64,000 nucleotides of DNA from an uncultured Chloroflexia bacterium (GCA_963819655.1 CAWFXA010000002.1:352001-416000); one strand, 5' to 3'. Positions 9,988 to 20,929 are shown, counted from the first letter of the stretch. Notes: generated by a model not told the origin, from the letters alone. Translations and numbers: made by a program.

Positions 9988-10818
9988 CTATCCGGGCGTC
10001 CCGTCGAGCACTCCTCGTCCTGCTAGCTGCTGTCGTTGCCATTCATACACGCCGGGCAGCCAATCCTTGCCGAACGTGGCCGATGGGCCGATGCGCGGGT
10101 CATCTGGAGCATGGCCGTCCCGCAAGGCATGCACGTACGCGCGATCCTGTTCGATCCGAGCGCGTACCTGATCAGCTCCGCCGACGGACCCGTGACCGGG
10201 GATGAGGACGTCCACGTCGTCCGCCACGCCCTCGAGCAACCGCAGCCCGGTGAGGTAGTCCTCGATCGGATTTGCGGCGTCCAGGTCGGGGAACGGAATC
10301 AGGATGTCAGACAGCATGTCGCCGGCGACGAGAACGCCGCGGTCCTCGATCAACAGCGCCGCGTGGCCCTGGGCGTGCGCCGGGTGCTCGATGATCCCGA
10401 CTTCAGGGCCCTCCCAGGGGATCCGCGCAGTTTCGGCAGGCAGACCGGTGATGAGGCCGAACAGGTCCAGCGGGATCTCCTCGGCGATCTCGGGCGGTAA
10501 CCCCTCGGCGACGCGGGCCTTCCAGTCCGCGTTCGACAGCAGCTCTCGCATGAACGCCGCGCAGCGGGCTGTGCCGTAGCGGGGCGCTTCGCCGAGCTTG
10601 GGGTGCCAGAGCACGTGATCCCAATCAGGATGCGTCGAGAAGCCTGCCACAACGGGCTGGCCCAACTCGCGAAGGTCGTTCGCGAGGCAGGCCATTTCGT
10701 CGCCTGTTATCCCGGGATCGATGAGCAACACGCCGGCCCGACCTTGCACGACAACGGCGTTGTTCTCGAGTAGCTCGCTCTGGTGGACCAGCACACCGTC
10801 CGCGACCCGTCTCAGCAT
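9988..10818 (-). CDS. MBL-fold metallo-hydrolase
   Basis: LLIDPG, THPDWDH, AGDMLSD, IPGHG. Confidence 0.9.
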   Translation of the reverse strand: MLRRVADGVLVHQSELLENNAVVVQGRAGVLLIDPGITGDEMACLANDLRELGQPVVAGFSTHPDWDHVLWHPKLGEAPRYGTARCAAFMRELLSNADWKARVAEGLPPEIAEEIPLDLFGLITGLPAETARIPWEGPEVGIIEHPAHAQGHAALLIEDRGVLVAGDMLSDILIPFPDLDAANPIEDYLTGLRLLEGVADDVDVLIPGHGSVGGADQVRARIEQDRAYVHALRDGHAPDDPRIGPSATFGKDWLPGVYEWQRQQLAGRGVLDGTPG

Positions 10819-11476
10819 GGCGCTCCTTTCCGCTTGTGGTTTGCAACCGCTTGTCGAGACGGTACTGCCGGGCCCGTCACGACGCGGCTATGCCGGACGG
10901 AGGCGCTGTCTGAGACCGTCGCGAGAAGGGCGTCGGCAACGTCGGCCCGACTGATCGTGCCGACATCCGTCAGCGTTCCGCTCAACGGTGCGGTAGGCAC
11001 CGGCACGAGGGCCATCGGTGAGGCGGGTCGCATAGACGATCGTCCAGTCGATGTCGGAGCCCTCGAGGAGCTTCTCACCGGCGGTCTTGTCTTCGACGAC
11101 GCCCTTCATGGCCAAGCCCGCGAGCTTCATGACGCCCGTGGCCTTGTAGGACGGGCTCGCGGCGAAGGTCGAGAGCATCACCAACCGGCTGACGCCTGCA
11201 CTCGGCATGGCTTCGAGCAACGCGGTGGTCGCGCTCCAGATCAGCTTCTGTTGAGCCTTCATGCCGCTGCCGAGCGTGCTGATCACGGCGTCCTGGCCTT
11301 TGAGGGCCCGGCGCAGGTCATCAGCATTGCGCGCGTCCCCGACCACGATCGTGACATCACTGCGTTCGAGCTTCTGCGGGTCGCGAACGAAGGCGGTAAC
11401 GGTGTGTCCGGCTCGTCGCGCCTGTGCAACGACCCTCGGCCCGTCTTGCCGGACGCCCCCAGGATAGGATGTTCAT
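10812..11476 (-). CDS. NAD(P)H-binding atypical SDR (flavin reductase-like), several frameshifts
   Basis: GASGKTG Rossmann start, TAFVRDP, GQDAVIS, IDWTIV, ISRADVA spread across frames. Confidence 0.75.
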
Positions 11477-11679
11477 GGCGGTCTCCATGGCTCTGGTGAT
11501 GTGTTAGTCAGTCGGGGATCGAAGGTCACGAGCTTCTCGAGGCTGCGCCCGTCGGCAATATCCAGACTCGATCGAATCGTCGGGTCCAGTTGTTTCTGTC
11601 ACGGCCAGCGGCGCGGGCGGTTGTGGTCAATCGAGCCCAGGGCCTCGGCGGTCTCGGATCCCCACTAAGGCGGAAGCGG

Positions 11680-11949
11680 CTAACGTCGACGCGGGATCCG
11701 AAGGGTCGCCATGAGCCGGTCGCGGATCAACGGGTCGATGCTCGCGACGTCGGCCGGGGAGATGCGGCCGGCCATCCGCTTGATCGTCTGGAACTGGTCG
11801 ACAGCCGCCCGGCAGCCGGGGCAGCCCTCGAGGTGGCGTTCGATCCGAGTGCGCTCGACGTCGGCCACATCACCGTCGATGTACGCGCTGATCTCGTCGA
11901 CGAACTCGATGCAGCGGAGCTCGTCGTCGGTCCTCGCCTGATCGTTCAC
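11680..11949 (-). CDS. zf-HC2 zinc-binding anti-sigma factor (soluble)
   Basis: CIEFVDEISAYIDG...HLEGCPGC (HxxxCxxC); AGGAG RBS; GTG overlaps upstream stop. Confidence 0.88.
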   Translation of the reverse strand: MNDQARTDDELRCIEFVDEISAYIDGDVADVERTRIERHLEGCPGCRAAVDQFQTIKRMAGRISPADVASIDPLIRDRLMATLRIPRRR

Positions 11950-13537
11950 GACGTCGCTCCTGTTTCGTCGAGATGCCGCTCGAGGCGCGCCCGAACGAAG
12001 CTGCGCGCCTGTTGGAGCAATGCTCGCTCTTGTTCCTGGCTGATCGCCAGGGCCGTCCTCGCCTCCTCCGACGTCCTTCCTTCGAGGTCGCGGAGGACCA
12101 TGACCCGGCGCAGGGCCGGTGGCATGTCGGCGATCGCCGCCCGCGCCTGGCCCAGCACCTCGGGGTCGTCGATCGCGACGCGGTCGCTCCAGGCGGTGGG
12201 CAGCTTGGCCCAGTGGCCCGGCCAGACGGGGTCGTCGGGCGGTAGGAAGCGGTCCGCCGGGAAAGCCTCGGTTCGATCGCCAGCGCAGGCTGCTCGACGT
12301 CGGCGGCTTGCTCTGGTGCGGGTCTCGCGCGCGGCAGCACCAGGAGCATGAGCACGGCGGCCGCGATGCCGACAGCCACGAAGAGCCAGCCCGCACGGCC
12401 GATCCCCGCCTGCTGGCTCACCCCGCCGATGACGAGGGCGAACGGCACGAACGCGAGCCAGGTCAGCATGCCGACGCCCGACGCAACGCCCGCTCGGATC
12501 GCCGACGGCACCGCGTCGTGCAAGCTCCGAGTCACCGGGATGCTGATCGCGACCACGATCAGCGTCAGCAGGACCTGGACGCCGACCACGATCAGGGGCT
12601 GCTCGCTGATGACCAGGACCACGCCGCAGGCCGCCAACGCCGCGCCAAGCAGCGGCACCGCCCAGGCCCGTGTGATCCAGGCCCGAGCGCCGAGCAGGCC
12701 GCCCACCCCGAGCGCCCCGGTGAGCCCGGCCCAATGCGGGCCGAAGAGGAAGGGCGGCACCGCCAAGGCGACCAACCAGAGCGGACCGAACTCGAGCATG
12801 CCCTGCATGAGCAGCGACCCGGCGATCGTCAACAGGACGACGAGACGGAGTTGGCCGCCGGACAGGATCGTCCGGTAGGTAGCTGCGATCTGGCCGCGGA
12901 GCGTCTCCTGATCCTCGGACTTGTGCAGCCGCGGCTCTCGGAACCTGAGCAACAGCAGGAAGCCGATCACCAGCGGTGGCACGGTGAGGAAGTACGTCGA
13001 CTGGAGCGGGGCGACCTGGGCGATGAGGCCACCGGCAAGGGCGCTCGCCACGAGCGCCACGCTCTCGATCACGCGGACCCGACCGATCGTCGCCTCGAAC
13101 GCCTCGCTGTCGCCGGTCTCCTCGAGGACCGTGTCGTAGACGATCGACTCGAAGGTGCCGGACTGCAGGGCGAAGAACACGCCGAGGAACGCCGCCGAGA
13201 CCATGTAGACGGGAACGCTCTGGCTGAGGCCGCCGATCACGACGGCGACGATCGCTGCGAGAGATCCGAGCAGGAGGACGCCCCTCCGGCTCCAGCGGTC
13301 GGCCAGGATCCCCGACGGTACCTCCAACACGGGAACGACGACCGCGTACACAGCGGCCATGATCCCGACCGTCGCCGAGGTGAAGCCGATGCTCGTCATG
13401 AACAGCTTCTCGATCGCAACCCAGAAGGCGAGTGCACCGAAGAAGGATGCGGCGTAGAGCGGGAAGAGGCGTCGGCTGAGGGCTTTCCGCCCGGACCCGT
13501 CGAGACCGTTCTGTTCCGATGCCTGCGTCGCGGTCAC
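11946..13537 (-). CDS. MFS transporter apparently fused to an ECF sigma region-4 domain (one frameshift near 12270)
   Basis: MFS motif A EVPSGILADRWSRR and about 12 TM segments; the adjacent frame gives DRFLPPDDPVWPGHW...LRDLEGRTSEE...ARSFVRARLE. Confidence 0.75.
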
Positions 13538-13652
13538 GTCGAGTCTCCAGGTCCTAGTCGCCGTCGGTAAGCCATGCCACTACGACTCTATGACCCGCGC
13601 GAACTCATGCCGGCTCCCGTCAGTGCGGACTCGCGCCGGGACAACCTGGCTA

Positions 13653-14366
13653 CTAGGGTGAACCTGCGCGTTGGGTGCGCGCCTCGAGGCGATATGTCTC
13701 CAGCCGGTCGGCCAGCTCGACCGGATTGCTCATCGCGACCATGTGACCGCCATCGATCTCGTCGACGTCGAGGCCCAGCCGTTCTCGGGCGATCCGGCGC
13801 TGGAACTCGAGCGGGAACATTCGATCGTGGCGGCCGGCCAGCACCCGAGTCGGAACATCGGGCCAAGCCGGCAGCGGCCATGGTTCATCCAGCGGCGTCA
13901 TCGACTGGTCCTGCCACGTCCGCGCCTGCGCCTCCGCCCTGAGCTCGGCCGGCAGGTCGTGGTAGTAGATGACGGCGTCGTCATCTGCCTCGGTGGGCTC
14001 CAGCCCGATGCTGGCGTGGTACTCGCGCCGGGCGCTCCCGGAGTCGGTGTTCGACCACCAGGCGTTGAAGGTCTCCCCGTGGGCCGGGATCATCGCGTTC
14101 AGGAGGACGAGCAACTCTACGGGTCGCCGCGCACACACGATCGGGGCGGTGAAGCCGCCCATCGATTCGGCGACGACGACGATGTCGCGGCGGTCGCCCA
14201 GGGCGTCTACGACCGCATCGGCATACTCGGTCCAGCCGGCGCTGTCGTCCTCGGACGGCAGCCGGATGGCGAGAGCCTCGTGACCCTGAGCCTCAAGCTC
14301 GGGTGCGAGCCGGTGCCACTCCCAGGGATCGCCGCCGCCGCCCGGGATCAGCGCGTAGGTCGAGAT
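13653..14366 (-). CDS. alpha/beta hydrolase
   Basis: LIPGGGGDPWEW, nucleophile AESMGG, DRMFP, GGHM; the frame extends to an ATC codon behind a GGAGAGGAG RBS. Confidence 0.85.
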   Translation of the reverse strand: MSTYALIPGGGGDPWEWHRLAPELEAQGHEALAIRLPSEDDSAGWTEYADAVVDALGDRRDIVVVAESMGGFTAPIVCARRPVELLVLLNAMIPAHGETFNAWWSNTDSGSARREYHASIGLEPTEADDDAVIYYHDLPAELRAEAQARTWQDQSMTPLDEPWPLPAWPDVPTRVLAGRHDRMFPLEFQRRIARERLGLDVDEIDGGHMVAMSNPVELADRLETYRLEARTQRAGSP

Positions 14367-14404
14367 GCCTGCTCCTCTCCGGGATGACCGGAACGATCGT
14401 GCGC

Positions 14405-15058
14405 CTACGACACCGCGTTCGGGTCCGGTGTGTAGAAGGAGATCGTATTCGCGACGTTGCGTGCGACCGTCTCCGGGTCCGCGCCTGCGGCGCGGTTCGC
14501 CTCGCCCCAGGCCTCGCTGCTACGCGTGGAGAACTCCCGTCCTTCGGGTGACAGCTGCCACGCCTCCGGATCGCCGACGGACCCGCCACGAAGATGAAGA
14601 CCCAGCCCGTGCAGCCCCTGGTCCCAGCCCACGCCGACGGCGCCCGGCCCGTACTGACTCCACATCTCGCCCGGCACGACCGCCGTGTGCACGAAATCGA
14701 ACCGGGTCGATCCACCGTCGACCGTCATCAGCCGTACCTCGACTTCCGACGCGACGTCGTCGGTCGTCGGCTCGCCGTACGACCACGTCACCTTCAGCCG
14801 ATTCGGTCGCTCGCAGGCGAGGATCTCGCCCCCGGCGTTGCCCTCGAACTGGTAGCGACCGCCGAGGCGGTAGTCGCCGCTGATCGGCAGGAACCAGCGG
14901 CCGATCCGCTCGGGGTTCGTCAGCGCGTCCCAGACATCCTCGATGGGCGCGTCATAGTCACGCTGGAGGCGGATCGTCCGAGCTTCGCCGGCCGCGATCC
15001 GGCCCTCGCCGACCTCGCGCTTGACGGCCTCGATCTCACGGGCGATGTCGATCATCAC
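14405..15058 (-). CDS. SRPBCC (AHSA1-like) protein
   Basis: DAPIEDVWDALTNPERIGRWF...GPGAVGVGWD. Confidence 0.9.
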   Translation of the reverse strand: MMIDIAREIEAVKREVGEGRIAAGEARTIRLQRDYDAPIEDVWDALTNPERIGRWFLPISGDYRLGGRYQFEGNAGGEILACERPNRLKVTWSYGEPTTDDVASEVEVRLMTVDGGSTRFDFVHTAVVPGEMWSQYGPGAVGVGWDQGLHGLGLHLRGGSVGDPEAWQLSPEGREFSTRSSEAWGEANRAAGADPETVARNVANTISFYTPDPNAVS

Positions 15059-15423
15059 GTCTGCACTCCTTTCGAGCTGTCGGGCTCGGTCGCCCGAAGG
15101 CGGCGCTCGCGCCTGCCGCGAGCGAGCTCCGTCTCGAGCGAGTCGAGTCGCTGGACCAAGAACTGGCGGAAGTGGTCGAGCCAGTCGTCGACCTCGCGGA
15201 ACGACGCGGCGTCGACCGCGTACAGCCGGCGGGTGCCCTCGGGTCGGACGCTCGCGAACCCACTGTCGCGAAGGACCTTCAGGTGTTGCGACACGGCCGG
15301 TTGGGTGATCCCGAACTCTGCCTGAACGACCGCCGTGATCGCCCCTGAGGTCAGCTCGCCGTCCGCGAGCAGCTCGAGGATCCGGCGGCGGACGGGGTCT
15401 CCGAGAACATCGAATGCGTGCAC
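15055..15423 (-). CDS. ArsR/SmtB family regulator
   Basis: LGDPVRRRILELL...ITQPAVSQHLKVLR. Confidence 0.92.
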   Translation of the reverse strand: MHAFDVLGDPVRRRILELLADGELTSGAITAVVQAEFGITQPAVSQHLKVLRDSGFASVRPEGTRRLYAVDAASFREVDDWLDHFRQFLVQRLDSLETELARGRRERRLRATEPDSSKGVQT

Positions 15424-15429
15424 CGCGCG

Positions 15430-15459
15430 ATATTACAAGGCAGGACTTATATAAGTCAA
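15430..15459 (-). promoter_or_regulatory. arsR promoter with palindromic operator (leaderless)
   Basis: Minus strand TTGACT-N18-TAATAT, GTG 6 nt after; palindrome GACTTATATAAGTC 15444-15457. Confidence 0.78.
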
Positions 15460-15510
15460 CCATGAAACTCGGCCGGTGCCAACCCTGGCGCTGACGCGAC
15501 CGACCTCGCC

Positions 15511-17287
15511 GTGGGCCTGACGCTGAGCATCGTCGGATTCGTGACCTGGCAGCGACGCCCTCGTAGCGGGATCGGGTCGATGGTCGCGGTGACCGGTCTC
15601 CTCTGGCTGCTCGGCAGCGTCTTCCCCGCCGCGCTCTACCTCCATCGTGTCGGTCTGACGGTCTTGTTCCTGACGTACCCGAGCGGCAAGCTGGCCCGCC
15701 GCAGCGATCGGATCCTTGTCGTCGCGTCCATCGTCCTGGCCGCAGCGCTGCCATTCGTCGGGCCGTCGGACATCGCGACGCTCGGGCTCGCGACACTCGT
15801 GGCGGCGATCGTCGTTCGGCGAACGCTGCCAGCCACGGGGCCGGCCAGACGGGCCTCGACCAGTGCCGCCGCGGCGGCGGTCGCCTTCGCTTCGCTGCTT
15901 CTGGCCGGCAGCCTGGCTCGGGTGTTCGGTTGGCCCGTCGACGGGCTCATGCTGCTCGCGTACGAGGTCGCGGTCACCGTGATCGTGCCGTCTACGACCC
16001 GGCCGGCGAGCTGTGCGCGTTCTGCCCGACCAACCTCCTGTCGATCGGTGTCGATCCGACCATCCACGACCTGGTCACGCGGATCGGCCTCGTTCTGGCC
16101 GTCGCATGGACGTCGGCCGTGATCGCCCTGGCCGGGCGCCGAGTCATCACGGCGACCCGGATCCGGCGCCGGCTCATCGGGCCCGTCCTCTCGCCCGCGG
16201 CGGCCTTCCTCGGGCTCGTCGCCCTCGGCGCAGGGGGAGACCTGCTCGGCAACCCGCTCAGCGCGGAGGCCAGGAGCTGGCTTCGCGGCCTCGAGGCCGT
16301 CGCGCTCGGGTCGATGGCCGCCGGGGTCGCCTGGCCGTGGCTCCGGGCGAGGCGGACTCGAACGGCGGTGACCAAGCTCGTGGTGGAGCTCGACACGTCG
16401 CAGGCGAGTGGTGACCTGCGCGACGTGCTCGCGCACGAGTTGTCCGACCCCGACCTCGAGGTCGCCTATCTGCTGGCGGACGGCCGCTTCGTCGCTCGCG
16501 ACGGTCGCGAGGTCGATGTCGGACCGGAACCGGGGCGCGCCGTGACGCCGCTTGTCCGGGGACAGGAAGTCGTCGGTCTCCTCCGCCATCGTCGCGATCT
16601 GCTGGACGATCCCGAGCGGATCGATGACGTCGTCGCAGCCCTCCGGCTGACGCTCGAGGGCGAGCGGCTGCGCGCCGAACTCCACGCACAGCTCGAGGAC
16701 CTTCGCGCATCGCGCATTCGCATCGTCGAGGCGTCCGACGCCGAACGGAGGCGACTTGAACGGGACCTGCACGATGGAGCGCAACAGCGGCTCGTCGGGC
16801 TCGCGATGGCCCTGCGACTGCTCGATCGGGAGCTGGAGACGCACGGGATGGAGTCGTCACGGTGGCTGGTGGCGGAGGCCAGCGACGAGCTCCGGGCGGG
16901 GATCGCGGAGCTCCGAGATCTCGCTCACGGCATCTACCCAGCCGAACTGGGCGGCGAGGGCCTGGCCGCCGCCTCGAAGCGCTCAGGGAAGCATCGAAAG
17001 TGGCCATCGAGTTGGGATCGCTGCCGACGGAGCGCCTCGATCCTCGGGTCGAGGCGACGGCCTATTTCGTCGTTGCCGAGGCGCTGCGACGAACCGCGGC
17101 CGACAAGCTCCGCGTGACAGCCGGGCACGACGGCGATCGACTTGTCGTCGAGATCGAGCAGGATGCGATCGCGCACGACGACGTCGTGGCGCTCCACGAC
17201 CGGGTCGGCGCACTCGACGGGACGATCGTCGTCCACACCACGGAGACGTCGCTCTCCATCAGGGCGGAGATTCCATGCGCATCGTGA
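15511..17287 (+). pseudogene. membrane sensor histidine kinase (HisKA_3/NarX type), 5'-truncated, internally broken and frameshifted
   Basis: ERRRLERDLHDGAQQRL H-box; frame breaks near 15985 and 16975; degenerate HATPase. Confidence 0.72.
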
Positions 17288-17919
17288 TCGCCGACGACGA
17301 AGTCCTCTTGCGCCAGGGCGTCGCTCGGCTGCTGACGGACGCGGGATTCGAGGTCGTGGCGACGGCGGGGACGAGGGACGAGCTCATCCGGGCCGTCGAA
17401 CGCCATCGACCCGACCTCGCGATCGTCGACATCCGCATGCCACCGACGCACACCGACGAGGGCCTGACGGCCAGCCAGGAGCTACGCCGCAGTCAGCCCG
17501 AGCTGGGCATCCTCATCCTGTCTCACTACCTTGAGTCGCGATACGCGATGCGGCTGCTGCAGGACCAGCCGGAGCGCGCTGGCTACCTCCTCAAGGAGCG
17601 TGTCTCCGACATAGCCGTACTCACTGACGCCCTGCGCCGCATCGACGACGGTGAGTGCGTCCTCGACCCGACCATCGTGGCCAGGCTCATCGGCCGCCGG
17701 CGAAGCCCGAATCCGCTCGTCGACCTATCGGAGCGCGAGGTGGAGGTTCTCGGCCTGATGGCCGAGGGCCGCTCGAACCATGCCATCGGTGAGCTGCTTT
17801 TCGTCAGCCACAAGACGGTCGAATCGCACGTCCGGCAGATCTTCATGAAGCTCGGCCTGGAGGAAACGCCCGACGACCACCGGCGCGTGCTGGCTGTCCT
17901 GGCCTATCTCAGGGCGTGA
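17275..17919 (+). CDS. NarL/LuxR family response regulator
   Basis: MRIVIADD, VDIRMPP, GYLLK, LSEREVEVL...GRSN HTH. Confidence 0.95.
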   Translation: MRIVIADDEVLLRQGVARLLTDAGFEVVATAGTRDELIRAVERHRPDLAIVDIRMPPTHTDEGLTASQELRRSQPELGILILSHYLESRYAMRLLQDQPERAGYLLKERVSDIAVLTDALRRIDDGECVLDPTIVARLIGRRRSPNPLVDLSEREVEVLGLMAEGRSNHAIGELLFVSHKTVESHVRQIFMKLGLEETPDDHRRVLAVLAYLRA

Positions 17920-18014
17920 TGGATGCTGGCACCGGCCCACGATGAGGGCGGACCCTGATGGCGACCGGCGAGGGTCTGCCTAGCCTCGGACGATCGGATC
18001 AACCGAGGAGGTGG

Positions 18015-19488
18015 ATGATGAAGACGAGGCTCGGGAGCCGGAGTGGGCTCCGAACGTTGATCATGACCATCGGCCTGGCGAGCGCGTTGCTCGGCTGCCA
18101 AGCGCCGACGGCCGCGCCGGCTGCCGATCGGGCGGGAGGCGCGCCGACGCCGACGACGCTGACCCTCATCACGGGTGAAACCGATCCGTCGGAGGTCCAG
18201 CCGTTCGTGAACGCCGTCCAGCGACTGACCGACGGCTCCCTGACCATCGAGGTCAAGACCGACTGGCGGCCGGGCGAGGCGACCTATGAGAGCGGCATCA
18301 TCGGGGACGTCATTGACGGCAAGGCGGATCTCGGCGTGACCGGGGTCCGGGCGTTCGATGCCGACCCCATCGGGGTGACCGCCTTCCAGGGCTTCCTGGC
18401 GCCCTTCCTGATCACGACCTACGACCTCCAGGAGCGCGTCCTTGCCGGAGCGGCCGCCGAGGCGACCCTGGGTGCGCTGGAGCCGCTCGGCCTGGCCGGC
18501 ATCGGCTTCGATCCCGGTCCGCTCCGACGCCCGCTCGGCACCAGCCGGCGACTGGCCAGCCCGGCAGACTTCGAGGGCGCGGCGTTCGGGGCGCGCGAGG
18601 GCGCCGTCGCGGTGGCCACGCTCGAGGCCCTCGGCGGGACGGCCACGACCTTCGTGCCCGGCCAAGCGGCTGGGCTCGACGGCATGGAGGCGCACGTGTC
18701 CATGATCGCAGGCAACGGCTACGACAAGGGCGCTGACTCGCTGGCCAGCGACATCGTCCTCTGGCCGCGCGTCAGCGTGCTCTTCGCCAACGCGGCTGCA
18801 TTCGACCGCCTCAGCCCCGAGCAGCAGGCTGCCCTGCGCCAGGCCTCCGTCGACGTCAGGGCCGATCGGCTGACAGAGATCGGCTGGGAGGAGGACGAAG
18901 GCCTCACGAACCTCTGCCGGCGAGGCATCCAGCTGACCGCCGCGGGCGCGTCGGCGCTCGAGGAGCTCGAGGAGGCGGTCGCGCCGGTCTACGACGCGAT
19001 CGCCAAGGACCCGCTCGCCGCGGCCGTCATGGAGGACGCGAGGCGACTCGGCGCGGGTACGTCCGCGCCAACGCCCGTCGAGTGTGCTCGAGTCGCCGGC
19101 AAGCCCGACGCCATCCAATGCACCCTCACCTTCTGCGCTGGAGGGTGCCTGGGAGACGTGCGTGACCTGGGAGGAGCTGCTGGCGGCCGGCGCCGACGCA
19201 GGCGAGAACAACGCCGAGCAACATCGGCTGCCACGTCCTGCGCTTCGAAGGCGACCGCTTCTGGGTCTACCGACCGGGATCCGAGCCGGGATCCCACGAC
19301 GCCAGGGTTCGATACTGACGGGACCTTCGAGATCGACGAGGCCGATCAGTCCATTACGTTCAACCTCGAGGACGGCTATCGGTTTGTCTACACCTGGAGC
19401 CTATTCGAGGACACGCTCAGCTTCAGGAAGGTCTCCTTCGGCCCAACGCTCGCTTGTGGTCAAGCCGTTCACTCGCTCCGACGACTGA
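18015..19488 (+). CDS. DctP-like (TRAP) solute-binding lipoprotein with extra C-terminal domain, frameshifted
   Basis: Lipobox LLGC; FVNAVQRLTDGSLTI, NAAAFDRLSPEQQAALRQA; tail spread over several frames. Confidence 0.75.
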
Positions 19489-19660
19489 CGTCGTGGGCTA
19501 AGGGCCTTCCCTGAGGGCAGTGCGCCATAGCCTGTGGCAGCCCTGACCCGGAAGCCGGGCTGGCTCGGTCCCAACGAGCCGACCCGGCTCGTAGCGTCCA
19601 CGGAAGCGGATCGAGCGACTCGAACTGGCGGGTCCGATCCGCGCCAGGGAGGGCAGCGCG

Positions 19661-20164
19661 ATGCGCAACATGCGAACGATATCCGGCACTCTGGCGACGG
19701 TCCTGTTGCTCGGGATCCCGGCGAGCGTCGCCGCCGGCGGTCCCATCGAGCGGATCGTGGACCGCCACCACAAGACGGAGATCGTCGAGGTCGTCACTGA
19801 CGACGTCTGCGGCGACGTCGGCGGCGGCCTCGGCCTCCGGTCGGGCGTCTTCCGGATGGTGGAGACGGGTCATACCCAGATCACCGACTTCGGAGACCGG
19901 TTCCAGGTCATCGACGTCGAGAATGGGACGTTCTCGTATGACTTTGACGACCCATCCATCCCCGACGTCTCCGGCTATCGCTACACGAGCCCGCTCAATT
20001 TCGTGGCCAACAAGAACGAAGACTCGCACTTCATGCAGAACCTCCACGAGCACCTGCCCGGCCACCCCGACGGGATCACCGTCTCGGAGCGCTGGCACTT
20101 CGCGTGGAAGGATGGCGCGCCGTTCATCGAGCGCTATTTCTTCAACGTCACCGGGTGCCCGTGA
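19661..20164 (+). CDS. hypothetical secreted protein
   Basis: GGGAGG RBS, signal peptide ending ASVAA, GC-rich third positions. Confidence 0.75.
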   Translation: MRNMRTISGTLATVLLLGIPASVAAGGPIERIVDRHHKTEIVEVVTDDVCGDVGGGLGLRSGVFRMVETGHTQITDFGDRFQVIDVENGTFSYDFDDPSIPDVSGYRYTSPLNFVANKNEDSHFMQNLHEHLPGHPDGITVSERWHFAWKDGAPFIERYFFNVTGCP

Positions 20165-20193
20165 CGGCGGCAGACCCGTTGGTCGACGTACCA

Positions 20194-20220
20194 GGGTGGG
20201 CGGGCTCGACCCGCCCACTC
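20194..20220 (+). terminator. GC-rich hairpin downstream of the secreted protein gene
   Basis: GGGTGGGCGGG-ctcga-CCCGCCCACTC. Confidence 0.5.
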
Positions 20221-20266
20221 GTCCTCGACGTCGGTAACAGGCGCTCGCGGTGCGCGTCTCACCAGC

Positions 20267-20929
20267 ATGACCGTTATGTCTGAGACGACGACCACGGAGG
20301 ACATCCCGGCCGCCCTTGAGCGTCCACGGATCGGTGGCCGCGCGGACGGACGCCGCAACAGTGACCTGCGCAGACATTGGTCGCGGATGGTGTTCGTCGC
20401 GCTCTTCGCGGTCGGTGTGGCGGCCTGCGGTGGGGGTGCGCCAAGCCCCGACTCGGGCGCCACGCCACGGCCCGCGTTCTCCTATGACGAGTACGCCACG
20501 GCATTCTGCGCGGCCTGGGCGGCCCTGTTCACCGCGGTCGGCAATCCGGATACGGCCGAAGGGTCCCTGCTCAGCAAGGCGCTTGATGAAGCGGTCGCCA
20601 CCGAGAACGGCCCAGAGGCCGAGCGGTTGGCTGCCGAGATCACCGCTGGACTCGAGTCAGGCCGGCGGCATGCCAGGGTCGCCGCCGCGTGGCCTCCGGC
20701 GGCGCCGGCGATGGCCGAGTTCGACCGCGTGTTCGTGGCGTTCGAGGCGATGGTCGCCGCGAAGGCGGCGTCGGCCACGGTCACGGCGAACCCGGTCGAT
20801 CCGCAGGCGGCCTTCGAGGGGGCTGGTGGAGTCGAGGCGTACTTCGCCATGATCGACGCCATGCGCGCGATGCCGTCCGCTGGCCAGGCAGGGTCGCAGC
20901 AATGCCCTGACCTGCCAGTCGGGCCTTGA
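20267..20929 (+). CDS. hypothetical lipoprotein
   Basis: Hydrophobic stretch plus lipobox VAAC; start uncertain. Confidence 0.7.
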   Translation: MTVMSETTTTEDIPAALERPRIGGRADGRRNSDLRRHWSRMVFVALFAVGVAACGGGAPSPDSGATPRPAFSYDEYATAFCAAWAALFTAVGNPDTAEGSLLSKALDEAVATENGPEAERLAAEITAGLESGRRHARVAAAWPPAAPAMAEFDRVFVAFEAMVAAKAASATVTANPVDPQAAFEGAGGVEAYFAMIDAMRAMPSAGQAGSQQCPDLPVGP

